NCBI GenBank assembly: GCA_016700015.1
Contig: CP064995.1
Coordinates: 180,001 to 212,000 of the forward strand
Origin: Candidatus Saccharimonadota bacterium
GTDB taxonomy: Bacteria; Patescibacteriota; Saccharimonadia; Saccharimonadales; Saccharimonadaceae
DNA: 32,000 bases
Direction: 5' to 3'
Under the pieces are notes generated by a model. It ran no database searches, was not told the origin of the DNA, and was given only the letters and a program-made list of their open reading frames with translations. Shown here piece by piece: positions 18,113-26,643 of the stretch (the stretch's first letter is position 1; each line of letters begins with the position of its first letter). Both the position numbers and the translations under genes were made by a program.

Positions 18113-19768
18113 ATGATACCTTGGCGCGATGTTAACGCAATTTATCAAATATACCCGCGAAGTTTCATGGATGGGAATGGTGATGGTGTTGGTGATTTAC
18201 GCGGAGTAATTGAGCGAATTGACTATCTACAAGGTACAAAAGATTCACTTGGTGTCGATGCTATATGGTTCTCGCCCATATTTCCTTCACCGATGGCCGA
18301 CATGGGCTATGACGTGAGTAATTACTGTGATATTGATGAAACATTTGGTAGTATCGAGGACTTTAAGGAGCTGATTGCCAAAGCGCACGAAAAAGGGATC
18401 AATGTGATGATTGACTTCGTGCCCAACCACTCATCCGACCGTCACGCGTGGTTTCAGGCGTCGCGAAAGTCGAAAACGAATCCCTACGCCGACTATTATG
18501 TATGGCGTGATGGTAAATCGGACGGTGGACCGCCAAACAACTGGGTGAGTATATTTGGAGGTCCAGCCTGGGAATACGATGCATCTCGCAAGCAGTACTA
18601 CCTGCACACATTTTTGGCCAGTCAGCCAGACTTGAACTGGGATAATGCTGCTGTGCGCAGAGAAATGAAAAATGTTCTAAGGTTTTGGCTTGATATTGGC
18701 GTTGACGGGATTCGAGCTGACGCGGTTCGCTGGCTCAGTAAAGATCCAAAATTTCGCGATGATCCTCGCAATAAGTTGCACGTTCATTCATACGACGGTG
18801 CGTCACAGGAATACGATGCGCTCGTCCACAAATATAGTCGCTTCTGGAAAAATCTTTTTCCGTATTTACGTGAACTAACTGATGTGATTGCCGAATACGA
18901 TAATCGAATAATGATATTCGAAGACTACCCAGACGCTAACTATAGCACCAAAGAGCAGTATCTCGGTTTCTATGGCATCAACCCGAAAGTTAGTATGCCA
19001 TTCAATTTTGAAGGTGTCTGGACGGATTTTTATGCCGATGCTTTCCGCACGTTTATTACCGAGTTTCAAGGTATGTTAAACCAAGATGAACATACGCCGG
19101 TATATTGTTTTGGCAATCATGACCAAGCACGTATCGTTAGTCGTATGGGCGGTGAACCGCAGGCTAGGTTGATCGCACTGATGCAGATGTCACTGCCTGG
19201 ACTCCCTACGATTTATTACGGCGACGAGATTGGTATGCCAAATACGCCAATTGCAGAAAATGAAATTAAAGATCTACGTGCGTTTAGCTCTGGTGATGTC
19301 ACGACAACTCGCGACCCCGAACGTACACCGATGCAATGGAGTAACGAAGTGTTCGCTGGTTTTAGTACTGCGGCGCCGTGGTTACCAATAGGTCGCACGG
19401 TAGCTAGGCATAACGTTGCTACCCAGCAGCGCGAGCCTGACTCTTTTCTTGCGCTCTACCGCCGCTTACTTAAGCTGCGAAGTCGTCATGATATTTTACG
19501 AAACGGCACATATGAGGCATTTGGTGAGCTTGAGGCAGAGGTATTTATGTTTGCTCGTTGGTTGGGGGATCAGCACATTTTCGTCGCTTTAAACTTTGGC
19601 CGTACCGACAACACAGTAAATTTGCCGCATAAAGGAAGAGTGCTGTGTTGCACCAATCCGGTAGACTACCCCGATATCGACGACGAAGGCAGGCTGTGCC
19701 TCAGGCCATACGAAGGTGTGATTGTAGAGTGCTACGAACATCCGCTGACCGACACATTAGCTGAGTAG
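18113..19768 (+). CDS. GH13 alpha-glucosidase / oligo-1,6-glucosidase-like enzyme
   Basis: YQIYPRSFMDGNGDGVGDLRG N-terminus. GH13 regions I (DFVPNHSS), II (GVDGIRADAV), III (IMIFEDYP) and IV (FGNHDQAR) all have catalytic Asp/Glu/Asp present. Confidence 0.9.
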   Translation: MIPWRDVNAIYQIYPRSFMDGNGDGVGDLRGVIERIDYLQGTKDSLGVDAIWFSPIFPSPMADMGYDVSNYCDIDETFGSIEDFKELIAKAHEKGINVMIDFVPNHSSDRHAWFQASRKSKTNPYADYYVWRDGKSDGGPPNNWVSIFGGPAWEYDASRKQYYLHTFLASQPDLNWDNAAVRREMKNVLRFWLDIGVDGIRADAVRWLSKDPKFRDDPRNKLHVHSYDGASQEYDALVHKYSRFWKNLFPYLRELTDVIAEYDNRIMIFEDYPDANYSTKEQYLGFYGINPKVSMPFNFEGVWTDFYADAFRTFITEFQGMLNQDEHTPVYCFGNHDQARIVSRMGGEPQARLIALMQMSLPGLPTIYYGDEIGMPNTPIAENEIKDLRAFSSGDVTTTRDPERTPMQWSNEVFAGFSTAAPWLPIGRTVARHNVATQQREPDSFLALYRRLLKLRSRHDILRNGTYEAFGELEAEVFMFARWLGDQHIFVALNFGRTDNTVNLPHKGRVLCCTNPVDYPDIDDEGRLCLRPYEGVIVECYEHPLTDTLAE

Positions 19769-20893
19769 TGAACTGTAGATAGATTCGATCGAAGTATCTG
19801 TCGATTCTTTAGGGCCTCGACCAATATGGACAGGAAGCTGGGTACGGTGTCCTTCGAATTGTCCGTCGTACCATAGGCAAAGCCCGGGCATAGCCAGTAG
19901 CTGCTGGCTATATGTTTGGATCTGTTCGTTGGTGAATACCGAAGCAGCTCGTCTCTCGTCGTGATTTTCAAGAAAATGGACGAGTTTCTCGCTAATATCG
20001 ACGAGCTGCTGGTTGCGCCGTGCGATTGATTCGGTGTCATTATTTACCATCGCATCATATATCGGCTTGTCATAGCAGGCATTAAAACCAAGTTGAATCA
20101 GGTTGCGCTCAGTGTCCCAATAGCTTTCGGCAATAAATATGAATGCCGGATTTGTGATTTTTACTGCTTGAATAACCTCACTCCAATATTCTTGGTCTGG
20201 AGCTTGTCCGGCCCTATCTCCCCAGGTTCGCCCGACGACATCAGTTAGTAGTAACATCGCCATATCACAGCGCACCCCATCACAGAGAGTGGCAATATGC
20301 TGTAGTGTGGCGATGCTGGCTTGGCGGTAGCCACGAGAAAATGCATTGACCTGTGCGACATCAGGCCAAGGCGACAGGTTTGGATCCGCCGCTTTTGCAA
20401 TAGCCAAAGTGCCAACTTGGTAGTAGTGTTCGGGCTGATTGAGCGCGAGCCTCGACTCGCCAGTGATATAAAAATCAGGATGCTCACGGAGCCACGCGTG
20501 ATCAAACGCCGTATGATTAGGAACGAAGTCGAGTATGAGTTGTATCCCATGACGGGCAAGTTGTTGTCGGAATACAGCAAGCCCAGCATTGCCGCCAAAG
20601 CGCTCGTCGACCACATATGCTTTTACTGCATATGCTGAGCCAATAATATCGCCAGGGGAGTAGTCTGGGAGCAGTTGTCGGACCTCGCTAACAAGCTTAG
20701 TGTCTTGACGGCTGATGTCGGCTGCGACCTGACTTCGCTGCCACACTCCCATAAGCCACACAGTGTCCATATGGTAGGTTTTTAGGCGGTTAATGATATC
20801 GTCAGGGACGGTGGCGAGGGTGATTGTTTGTTTGTAGCGCCTGCTTAGGTCTTGGAGCCATACTGCAGTGTGTATTTCATAAATATGCTTCAT
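19757..20893 (-). CDS. Alpha-amylase-family (GH13-like) glycoside hydrolase
   Basis: Regions I (LDFVPNHTAFDH), II (GVRCDMAM), III (IFIAESYW) and IV (FLENHDERR). Its 3' end overlaps the 3' end of the convergent GH13 gene by 12 nt. Confidence 0.8.
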   Translation of the reverse strand: MKHIYEIHTAVWLQDLSRRYKQTITLATVPDDIINRLKTYHMDTVWLMGVWQRSQVAADISRQDTKLVSEVRQLLPDYSPGDIIGSAYAVKAYVVDERFGGNAGLAVFRQQLARHGIQLILDFVPNHTAFDHAWLREHPDFYITGESRLALNQPEHYYQVGTLAIAKAADPNLSPWPDVAQVNAFSRGYRQASIATLQHIATLCDGVRCDMAMLLLTDVVGRTWGDRAGQAPDQEYWSEVIQAVKITNPAFIFIAESYWDTERNLIQLGFNACYDKPIYDAMVNNDTESIARRNQQLVDISEKLVHFLENHDERRAASVFTNEQIQTYSQQLLAMPGLCLWYDGQFEGHRTQLPVHIGRGPKESTDTSIESIYSSLLS

Positions 20894-20904
20894 AGCTCTC
20901 CTTA

Positions 20905-22077
20905 CTATAGTGTAGACCCTGTTATTTCGTCAGGCAAAAAGCCGTGTGATGGCACGAAGCCAGCTTGCCACTGGTAGTCCTTGCTGTAACCAAGCTCGTG
21001 CATGAGTTTGGTGGGTGCGTTACGAATATGAAGCGGAACGGGTGAATGGGGGTGGCGCTGTGCGAGGCTTTTCGCTTCGTGCATAGCTTCCGTGACTTCA
21101 CGCGATTTTGCTGAGCGTGCTAGAGCGATAGCACAGTGGTATAAACTATAATTTGCTTCTGGCATGCCAATTCGCTCGACGGCTTGAAAAGTAGCTACCG
21201 CAAGTGCTAAAGCGCCGTTTCCCGCAAGACCTATGTCTTCACTGGCAAAAATCACCATGCGTCTGGCAATGAATTTTGGATCTTCACCCGCATCGATCAT
21301 ACGACTAAGATAATAGGTTGTTGCGCGCTCATCGCTACCTCGCATGCTTTTGATGAAAGCACTGATAACGTCGTAATGCATGTCACCGGTTTTGTCGTAG
21401 CCCGGAAGTTTCTTTTGGGCAGCAACCTTCACTATATCGGGTGTAATTTTTTCTCCATTGATACTAAGTGCTAACTCTAGGTTACCAAGTGCCACTCGAG
21501 CGTCACCACCGCTCAATTCGGTCAAATAGTCGAGAGCACTCGGTGTTATTGCTTTTGTCTTCCTGAGATATTTGAGTGCTCGCCTAAGAACTGTCTTGAT
21601 TTCGTCGTGGCTAAGCGGTTGCAATACCAGAACATGACTACGACTCAAAAGTGGACTAATGATTTCAAAACTGGGGTTTTCAGTTGTTGCACCAGTAAGC
21701 GTTATGAGCCCGCTCTCAACATGTGGTAAAAAAGCATCTTGCTGTGCTTTATTGAATCGATGGATTTCATCAACAAATAACATTGTACGCACACCCAAGT
21801 TCCAGTTTTGTCGTGCGTGTTCGACCACCTTCAGGACATCTTTTTTACCTGCGGTTACAGCTGACAATTCGATAAAATCGGCGTTTGCTTCCTTAGCAAT
21901 AATACGCGCAAGTGTTGTTTTGCCGGTGCCGGGTGGGCCCCATAGGATGAGGTTTACGGGTTCTTTATATTCGGCAATCTTTCGGATTACTGCATCCTTG
22001 GAAAGAAGATGTGATTGACCGATCACATCATCCAAGTTTGTTGGTCGCATTTGTTCCGCCAGCGGCACACGTGTCAT
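20905..22077 (-). CDS. rarA: Replication-associated recombination protein A (RarA/MgsA AAA+ ATPase)
   Basis: Walker A LWGPPGTGKTT, Walker B LFVDEIHRFNK and the MgsA C-terminal domain (HYDVISAFIKSMRGSD, YLSRMIDAGEDP). Confidence 0.9.
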   Translation of the reverse strand: MTRVPLAEQMRPTNLDDVIGQSHLLSKDAVIRKIAEYKEPVNLILWGPPGTGKTTLARIIAKEANADFIELSAVTAGKKDVLKVVEHARQNWNLGVRTMLFVDEIHRFNKAQQDAFLPHVESGLITLTGATTENPSFEIISPLLSRSHVLVLQPLSHDEIKTVLRRALKYLRKTKAITPSALDYLTELSGGDARVALGNLELALSINGEKITPDIVKVAAQKKLPGYDKTGDMHYDVISAFIKSMRGSDERATTYYLSRMIDAGEDPKFIARRMVIFASEDIGLAGNGALALAVATFQAVERIGMPEANYSLYHCAIALARSAKSREVTEAMHEAKSLAQRHPHSPVPLHIRNAPTKLMHELGYSKDYQWQAGFVPSHGFLPDEITGSTL

Positions 22078-22100
22078 GTATGTAGTATACTAGAGTCACC

Positions 22101-23120
22101 ATGACTCGAAAAACCGTACTATTACTATTCGGCGGAGAGTCGTCTGAACACGATGTATCTATTATGGGTGCGCGTAATGTGTATGCGGCGATGGATGGTG
22201 ACAAATACCAAGTGCTGCTGTGCTATATTGATCGGCAAGGAAAATGGTGGCTACTCGATAGTTGGCAAGATAGTCTATCCCAGCACGGTGGCGTGCAGCT
22301 GCTTGTTGCACCCGGAAGCGGAAGCTTAATGACCTTGCCGGGAAATACTATTATTCATCCGCATGTCATATTGCCTATTCTGCACGGTAAAAATGGTGAG
22401 GATGGCACCGTACAGGGCTTGGCAGCACTAGCGCATATACCGATTGTCGGGTGCGACACGACAGCAAGCAGCGTTTGTATGGACAAAGTATTAACCAAGC
22501 AGGTGCTCGAGGCAAGCGGGATTCGCACCGCACCATTTATCGTCTATCGGCGCGGAGATACCAAGCCTGGATACGAAGTTGTCGCGGAACGGTTGGGTAC
22601 AGTATTGTTTATTAAGCCCTCACGCGCGGGTAGCTCAGTCGGCGTATCCAAAGCGCGCACTGCAACCGAATTTGCTGCAGCCCTTAAGCTTGCGCTCGAA
22701 TATGATGACACGGTGCTTATTGAAAAAGCAATTGTTGGTCGTGAGCTTGAAACGGCCATCCTTGGAAACCCGCCACACCATAAAGTAAGTGGAATTGGAG
22801 AAATTATTACAGGTGCGGAATTTTATGACTACAACGATAAATATGCACCTGATAGTACGGCGCAAGTCTTAACGAACGTAGAGTTAGCAGATGGAGTTGA
22901 AGAGAAAATCCGCACCACGTCTTTGAATGTATATACAGTTCTTGGCTGTAAAGGGTTGGCACGAGTAGATTATTTACTTGAAGGCAATACGCCCTACGTC
23001 ATTGAGGTGAATACGCTACCGGGGTTTACCAATATCAGTATGTATCCCAAGTTATGGCGTGCGGCAGGTATGCACTATCCGGAGCTGATCGATGCGCTTA
23101 TCGCTAATGCGCTGAAATGA
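22101..23120 (+). CDS. ddl: D-alanine--D-alanine ligase
   Basis: LLFGGESSEHDVS N-terminus, HGKNGEDGTVQGL, and an ATP-grasp region ending EVNTLPGFT. Confidence 0.93.
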   Translation: MTRKTVLLLFGGESSEHDVSIMGARNVYAAMDGDKYQVLLCYIDRQGKWWLLDSWQDSLSQHGGVQLLVAPGSGSLMTLPGNTIIHPHVILPILHGKNGEDGTVQGLAALAHIPIVGCDTTASSVCMDKVLTKQVLEASGIRTAPFIVYRRGDTKPGYEVVAERLGTVLFIKPSRAGSSVGVSKARTATEFAAALKLALEYDDTVLIEKAIVGRELETAILGNPPHHKVSGIGEIITGAEFYDYNDKYAPDSTAQVLTNVELADGVEEKIRTTSLNVYTVLGCKGLARVDYLLEGNTPYVIEVNTLPGFTNISMYPKLWRAAGMHYPELIDALIANALK

Positions 23121-23148
23121 TATAGTGTAGGTATAACAAGGAGGAAAT

Positions 23149-23928
23149 ATGGAAGTAATTGTAGGCTTAATGACATTGGTATTCCCAGGGTTTATATTTT
23201 TATTGATATTTTTGTTCAGTGGACTCAAGATTGTTAACCAGTATGAGCGTGGTGTTGTACTGACTCTTGGTAAATATACTGGTGTACGCGAGCCGGGTCT
23301 TCGCTATATCGTGCCTATTTTTCAAAAAATGATGCGTGTAGATGTACGCAGCATGCCTATTGATGTACCAAAACAAGAAGTTATTACGAAAGATAATGTG
23401 ACGATTGGTGTCGATGCGGTAGTATATCTGCGTGTCGTCGATAGCGCCAAAGCCATGCTTGAAACCACCAACTATGTCTATGCGACAAGCCAGTTTGCCC
23501 AGGCGGCGCTGCGTGACGTGACGGGCGGTGCCGACCTTGATGAGCTGCTTGCCAGCCGTGAAGCAATTAGCGAAAAGATCAAGGAAATTGTCGACAGCGA
23601 AACCGACAAGTGGGGTATTGATGTCGAGAATGTCAAAGTACAGAATATTGAACTCCCACAAGAAATGAAGCGAGCTATGGCCAAGCAGGCCGAAGCCGAG
23701 CGTGAGCGACGTGCCAAGATTATTGCCGCTGAAGGTGAGCAAATGAGTGCCAAGAAGCTTGGTGAGGCCGCTGATATCATTGCTGCGCACCCGATTGCGC
23801 TACAGCTACGCAACTTGCAGGTCTTGACCGAAATCGCTGTCGAAAAAAACAGTACCATTATCTTCCCAAACCAGTTCATGGACACGGTCGACAGCGTGAA
23901 GAAATTCATGGCAAAAGAAACAAACTAG
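23149..23928 (+). CDS. SPFH/band-7 (stomatin/prohibitin-like) membrane protein
   Basis: N-terminal TM helix, then IVNQYERGVVLTLGKY...EPGL and a Glu/Ala-rich coiled coil (AMAKQAEAERERRAKIIAAEGE). SD AAGGAGG upstream. Confidence 0.9.
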   Translation: MEVIVGLMTLVFPGFIFLLIFLFSGLKIVNQYERGVVLTLGKYTGVREPGLRYIVPIFQKMMRVDVRSMPIDVPKQEVITKDNVTIGVDAVVYLRVVDSAKAMLETTNYVYATSQFAQAALRDVTGGADLDELLASREAISEKIKEIVDSETDKWGIDVENVKVQNIELPQEMKRAMAKQAEAERERRAKIIAAEGEQMSAKKLGEAADIIAAHPIALQLRNLQVLTEIAVEKNSTIIFPNQFMDTVDSVKKFMAKETN

Positions 23929-23939
23929 TGACAAATGTT

Positions 23940-23976
23940 AAATACGCACTCCAAGCGAGTGCGTATTTTTAATTTT
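23940..23976 (+). terminator. Rho-independent terminator after the SPFH gene
   Basis: AAATACGCACTC-caagc-GAGTGCGTATTT, a 12-bp perfect stem, followed by TTAATTTTTT. Confidence 0.8.
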
Positions 23977-24049
23977 TTGTAGACTAGGAGTTTTGGGCAA
24001 TGGTCAATTCTTGCCGTAAATCGTGTTGATAGGGGGTCGTGCGCAAGCT

Positions 24050-24078
24050 TTCACATGGTGAGTAATGGGTGATAAAAT
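24050..24078 (+). promoter_or_regulatory. Predicted promoter of the MazG-like/DUF2797-like pair (TTCACA-N17-TAAAAT)
   Basis: -35 at 24050-24055, -10 at 24073-24078. SD AAAGGGGA lies before ATG 24100. Confidence 0.4.
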
Positions 24079-24099
24079 AGCACTAACCAAAGGGGATTT

Positions 24100-24483
24100 A
24101 TGACGAAAAAAGTTACGTTTGAGGAAGTATATTCCACTGTCATGCAGTATGTTATGGCACGTAAGTGGGATAAAACCAACGATTCACGAGGGCTTGCAGT
24201 ATCACTCTCGCTAGAGGCCAACGAACTGCTAGAGTACTTTCAATGGCATGACGATTCGTTTGGCAGCAAAGAAGACATGGCAAGCGAATTAGCAGATATT
24301 ATGATTTATGCCATTCAATTTGCCGACAGGTACGGCATAGACATACCCGATGCGATTGCAAAAAAGATTGAAATGCAAGATAAAAAGTATCCGAAGGAAA
24401 TATTTGAAATTGAAGACGAAAAAGAACGTAATGCGCGCTGGCTAGAAGCGAAAAGGAACTACAGGAAAGACACAACTTTGTGA
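24100..24483 (+). CDS. MazG-like nucleotide pyrophosphohydrolase (dCTPase-type, single all-alpha domain)
   Basis: LSLEANELLEYFQW and ELADIMIYAIQFADRYGIDI carry the EExxE/D metal-binding helices typical of small MazG-like NTP-PPases. 127 aa. Confidence 0.8.
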   Translation: MTKKVTFEEVYSTVMQYVMARKWDKTNDSRGLAVSLSLEANELLEYFQWHDDSFGSKEDMASELADIMIYAIQFADRYGIDIPDAIAKKIEMQDKKYPKEIFEIEDEKERNARWLEAKRNYRKDTTL

Positions 24484-25334
24484 GCACACGCGGTCTAGTC
24501 ATTGTTTCGCGCCCTATCGTGCCAAATGCACCACCATACCTTTTGCTTGGGACTAACAAATCCTTGCACAAATATATATTGAGTAAAGACATGCCGATGT
24601 CGTTGACAGTAGACTACCATACGAAGTATTGCACGGGCTGGTACGATATTAACGCTCACAAGAACCATGCCTGCGACAATGATGCTCAAGTAGACTCATC
24701 GTATGACTCATGTTTTGTCTGCCGCAAAAAGACTGATTTCAATCCGGCATTTTATAACACAACTCAAATATCTCAAAAGCAGGCCATCTATAACGACCAG
24801 CCACATTCGGTATATATTGCCTATTTTGGGAACAGTGTAGCGAAAGTGGGCATTATGTCGGACTCAAGGGGGCGCGAGCGACTATACGAACAGGGTGCAA
24901 TGCTGTATGTGGTTATTGGTTCATATTCAAATGCAACAATGGCACACAACCTGGAACAAAGGCTTATTCAAAAAGGACTGAAAAATAGTGTTACCAAGAA
25001 GCAAAAAGCTGCCGCATACGAATCCGTCATACGCATCGCTGACGAAGAGCATGTCTTTCTAGAAATATTAAAAAATTTAGGGTATGAAGAGAGTAAGATC
25101 GTATCGAACCTAGACATGTTCTTTTTTGGGTTATACCCCAAAGAGCCCATTGAGCCATTTGGCAATAAACCCATGTCAGGACACGTAGCGGGAGTTGTTG
25201 GCAGATACTTGGTGCTACAAAATAATGATCGTTATTACGGTGTATGGCTTACAGACATGTTTGGGTATAGGGTTGAAGTTGGCTCAGCTATCACTATGAT
25301 TGACAGAAAACCCCAACAAGCAAGCCTGTTCTAA
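24480..25334 (+). CDS. Uncharacterised Cys-containing protein, DUF2797-like
   Basis: GTG 24480 overlaps the MazG-like stop (GTGA); an alternative ATG lies at 24591. It has Cys/His positions (YCTGW...HACD...CFVCRKKT). The core HSVYIAYFGNSVAKVGIMSDSRGRERLYEQGA resembles the VYLA..G.KVGIT....RW.DQGA core I recall for DUF2797. That assignment is from memory, not a search. Confidence 0.6.
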   Translation: MSTRGLVIVSRPIVPNAPPYLLLGTNKSLHKYILSKDMPMSLTVDYHTKYCTGWYDINAHKNHACDNDAQVDSSYDSCFVCRKKTDFNPAFYNTTQISQKQAIYNDQPHSVYIAYFGNSVAKVGIMSDSRGRERLYEQGAMLYVVIGSYSNATMAHNLEQRLIQKGLKNSVTKKQKAAAYESVIRIADEEHVFLEILKNLGYEESKIVSNLDMFFFGLYPKEPIEPFGNKPMSGHVAGVVGRYLVLQNNDRYYGVWLTDMFGYRVEVGSAITMIDRKPQQASLF

Positions 25335-25383
25335 TTCAAAACCATTTATTACAGCTGAGTTTGGGATAAAATGTAAATAAATA

Positions 25384-25408
25384 AGAAAAAGCCGCCCACC
25401 TGGGCGAC
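25384..25408 (-). terminator. Rho-independent terminator of the minus-strand tRNA operon
   Basis: On the minus strand, the GTCGCCCAGGTGGGCGGC hairpin is followed by TTTTTCTTATTTATTT, 23 nt after the tRNA-Gly 3' end. Confidence 0.7.
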
Positions 25409-25430
25409 AATTTCCTGATTAGTCCAATTC

Positions 25431-25505
25431 TGGTGCGGGTAGAGAGAGTCGAACTCTCGTTTCTACCTTGGGAAGGTAGCATAATAGCCGTTATACGATA
25501 CCCGC
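25431..25505 (-). tRNA. tRNA-Gly (anticodon CCC), CCA encoded
   Basis: Minus strand: acceptor GCGGGTA/TACCCGC, anticodon arm CTACC-TTCCCAA-GGTAG, 4-nt variable loop, T arm GAGAG-TTCGACT-CTCTC, then ACCA. The D stem is weak (G-U, two Watson-Crick pairs, one mismatch). Confidence 0.85.
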
Positions 25506-25523
25506 GCGCAGGCTATCAAAACT

Positions 25524-25606
25524 TGGTGGCTCCTCCCAGACTTGAACTGGGGACAGAGCCCTCAGCCATTATTTGCTCTGAAGGCCAAGGCCTGAAGAGC
25601 CTTGTG
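25524..25606 (-). other. tRNA-Phe-derived chimeric tRNA-like element (probable pseudo-tRNA)
   Basis: The 3' 33 nt are identical to the tRNA-Phe T arm, acceptor 3' strand and CCA (25523-25555 versus 25646-25678). The 5' part carries a 19-nt inverted copy of the tRNA-Phe anticodon arm (25588-25606 versus 25677-25695). The centre forms an 8-bp hairpin (GCCTTCAG-N12-CTGAGGGC). No D arm or standard anticodon arm can be drawn. Confidence 0.4.
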
Positions 25607-25646
25607 GATACCAAAAGAGAATAATCGACTATTGTTAGGTACAGTT

Positions 25647-25722
25647 TGGTGGCTCCTCCCAGACTTGAACTGGGGACACAAGGCTCTTCAGGCCTCTGCT
25701 CTACCAACTGAGCTAAAGAGCC
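25647..25722 (-). tRNA. tRNA-Phe (anticodon GAA), CCA encoded
   Basis: Minus strand: GGCTCTT-TA-GCTC-AGTTGGTA-GAGC-A-GAGGC-CTGAAGA-GCCTT-GTGTC-CCCAG-TTCAAGT-CTGGG-AGGAGCC-ACCA. This is a canonical 76-nt cloverleaf. Confidence 0.92.
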
Positions 25723-25850
25723 ACACATATGTCATGATATCACAATAATCTGTGTTTTTACAGAGTGTGATATCATATAAACAAATGTTGCGAGGGAATG
25801 TTTCACCACGACCACACCGACCAAATATTAAGCGTATCGGTAAAAAAACG

Positions 25851-26198
25851 ATGTCGATATACCGTACATCGGCATTGCTTGAAAAGAAATCGGTGCAAAA
25901 TAAGCCACGACGTACACTGCGTCTACCCAGCTGGAGACCGTCTCGCCGACAGTATATAATTGCGACAACTATCCTGGTGTTCGGGCTTATGTCATCTGGG
26001 GCATATTTGTATTGGCGGGGTGAGCAAGACAAGGCAAGCCGAGCTGCCGAGCGGGCGCAACAAGAACGCGCGCGCCAGGCGAGTATCAAGTCGAACGAAT
26101 GTCGTAAACAAAAACTTGCGGCAAAGGCTGATCAACTGGGCAAGATTACCTATGATGAGCTTTATGACTATACGGTTTGTGACTACTCTGGACAATAA
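25851..26198 (+). CDS. Hypothetical single-pass membrane protein
   Basis: Basic N-terminus, one TM helix (YIIATTILVFGLMSSGAYLYW) and a charged coiled-coil-like tail. The start is uncertain (ATG 25851 preferred; ATG 25785 and the track start 25752 are possible). Its stop overlaps the next start (TAATG). Confidence 0.5.
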   Translation: MSIYRTSALLEKKSVQNKPRRTLRLPSWRPSRRQYIIATTILVFGLMSSGAYLYWRGEQDKASRAAERAQQERARQASIKSNECRKQKLAAKADQLGKITYDELYDYTVCDYSGQ

Positions 26199-26584
26199 TG
26201 AACGATATCCTAGACGCTGAGTTTGACACAATGATTACGCAGGCGATGGATGAATTGCCTCAGGAATATATAAAAAACCTGAATAATGTTGTTATTACAT
26301 TTGCCGACGAACCAACCGCTCAACAGCTACAGAAGCAGGGTGTGCGCAGTGGCCAGCTGCTACTCGGACTTTACGAAGGCATTCCGCAAACCTCGCGACT
26401 TAGCTCGAGCTATAGCGGTATATTGCCAGATAAAATTACACTCTTTAAACTACCGCTCTGCATGACTTCTCGTGATGCAGGGGAACTTTTTCAACAGGTA
26501 AAGCGAACCTTGTGGCATGAGATCGCACATCACTATGGGCTAAAGTATGAACATATCGATAAGCGCGAACGACGTCATGGCTAG
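26198..26584 (+). CDS. Minimal zinc metallopeptidase family protein (Zincin_1/DUF1025-like)
   Basis: C-terminal HEIAHHYG (HExxH) motif and an N-terminal FDTMITQAMDELPQEY...NVVITFADEP layout typical of this ~120-aa family. Confidence 0.8.
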   Translation: MNDILDAEFDTMITQAMDELPQEYIKNLNNVVITFADEPTAQQLQKQGVRSGQLLLGLYEGIPQTSRLSSSYSGILPDKITLFKLPLCMTSRDAGELFQQVKRTLWHEIAHHYGLKYEHIDKRERRHG

Positions 26585-26643
26585 CAGCTCGAATACTTAG
26601 TATATTTTGTGCTTAAGAGAGACGGACGAATTGAACTTATGTC

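Noticed and set aside
19757-19768. 12-nt overlap of the convergent GH13 gene 3' ends as a regulatory feature
   Set aside because: This is ordinary genome compaction. Similar 4-nt convergent overlaps occur at 2814-2817 and 9853-9856.
23200-23909. Long antisense ORFs (196 aa and 143 aa) opposite the SPFH gene
   Set aside because: The sense strand encodes a clear SPFH/band-7 protein with a strong SD. The antisense frames are low-complexity mirrors of the Ala/Glu-rich coiled coil.
25335-25722. tRNA-Phe 3'-end duplication as attL/attR of an integrated mobile element
   Set aside because: The two 33-nt copies are only 123 bp apart with nothing between them. No integrase, transposase or phage gene occurs anywhere in the window. 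At most it is a scar.
25433-25728. ORFs 25433-25624 (+) and 25516-25728 (-)
   Set aside because: They are read straight through three tRNA or tRNA-like sequences. The repeated SSSLGGATK peptide is just the duplicated tRNA 3' end.
25752-25850. Upstream start (25752) for the hypothetical protein at 25851
   Set aside because: It would begin about 30 nt from the tRNA-Phe 5' end, inside that gene's likely promoter region. The extension has no features, although the true start remains uncertain.
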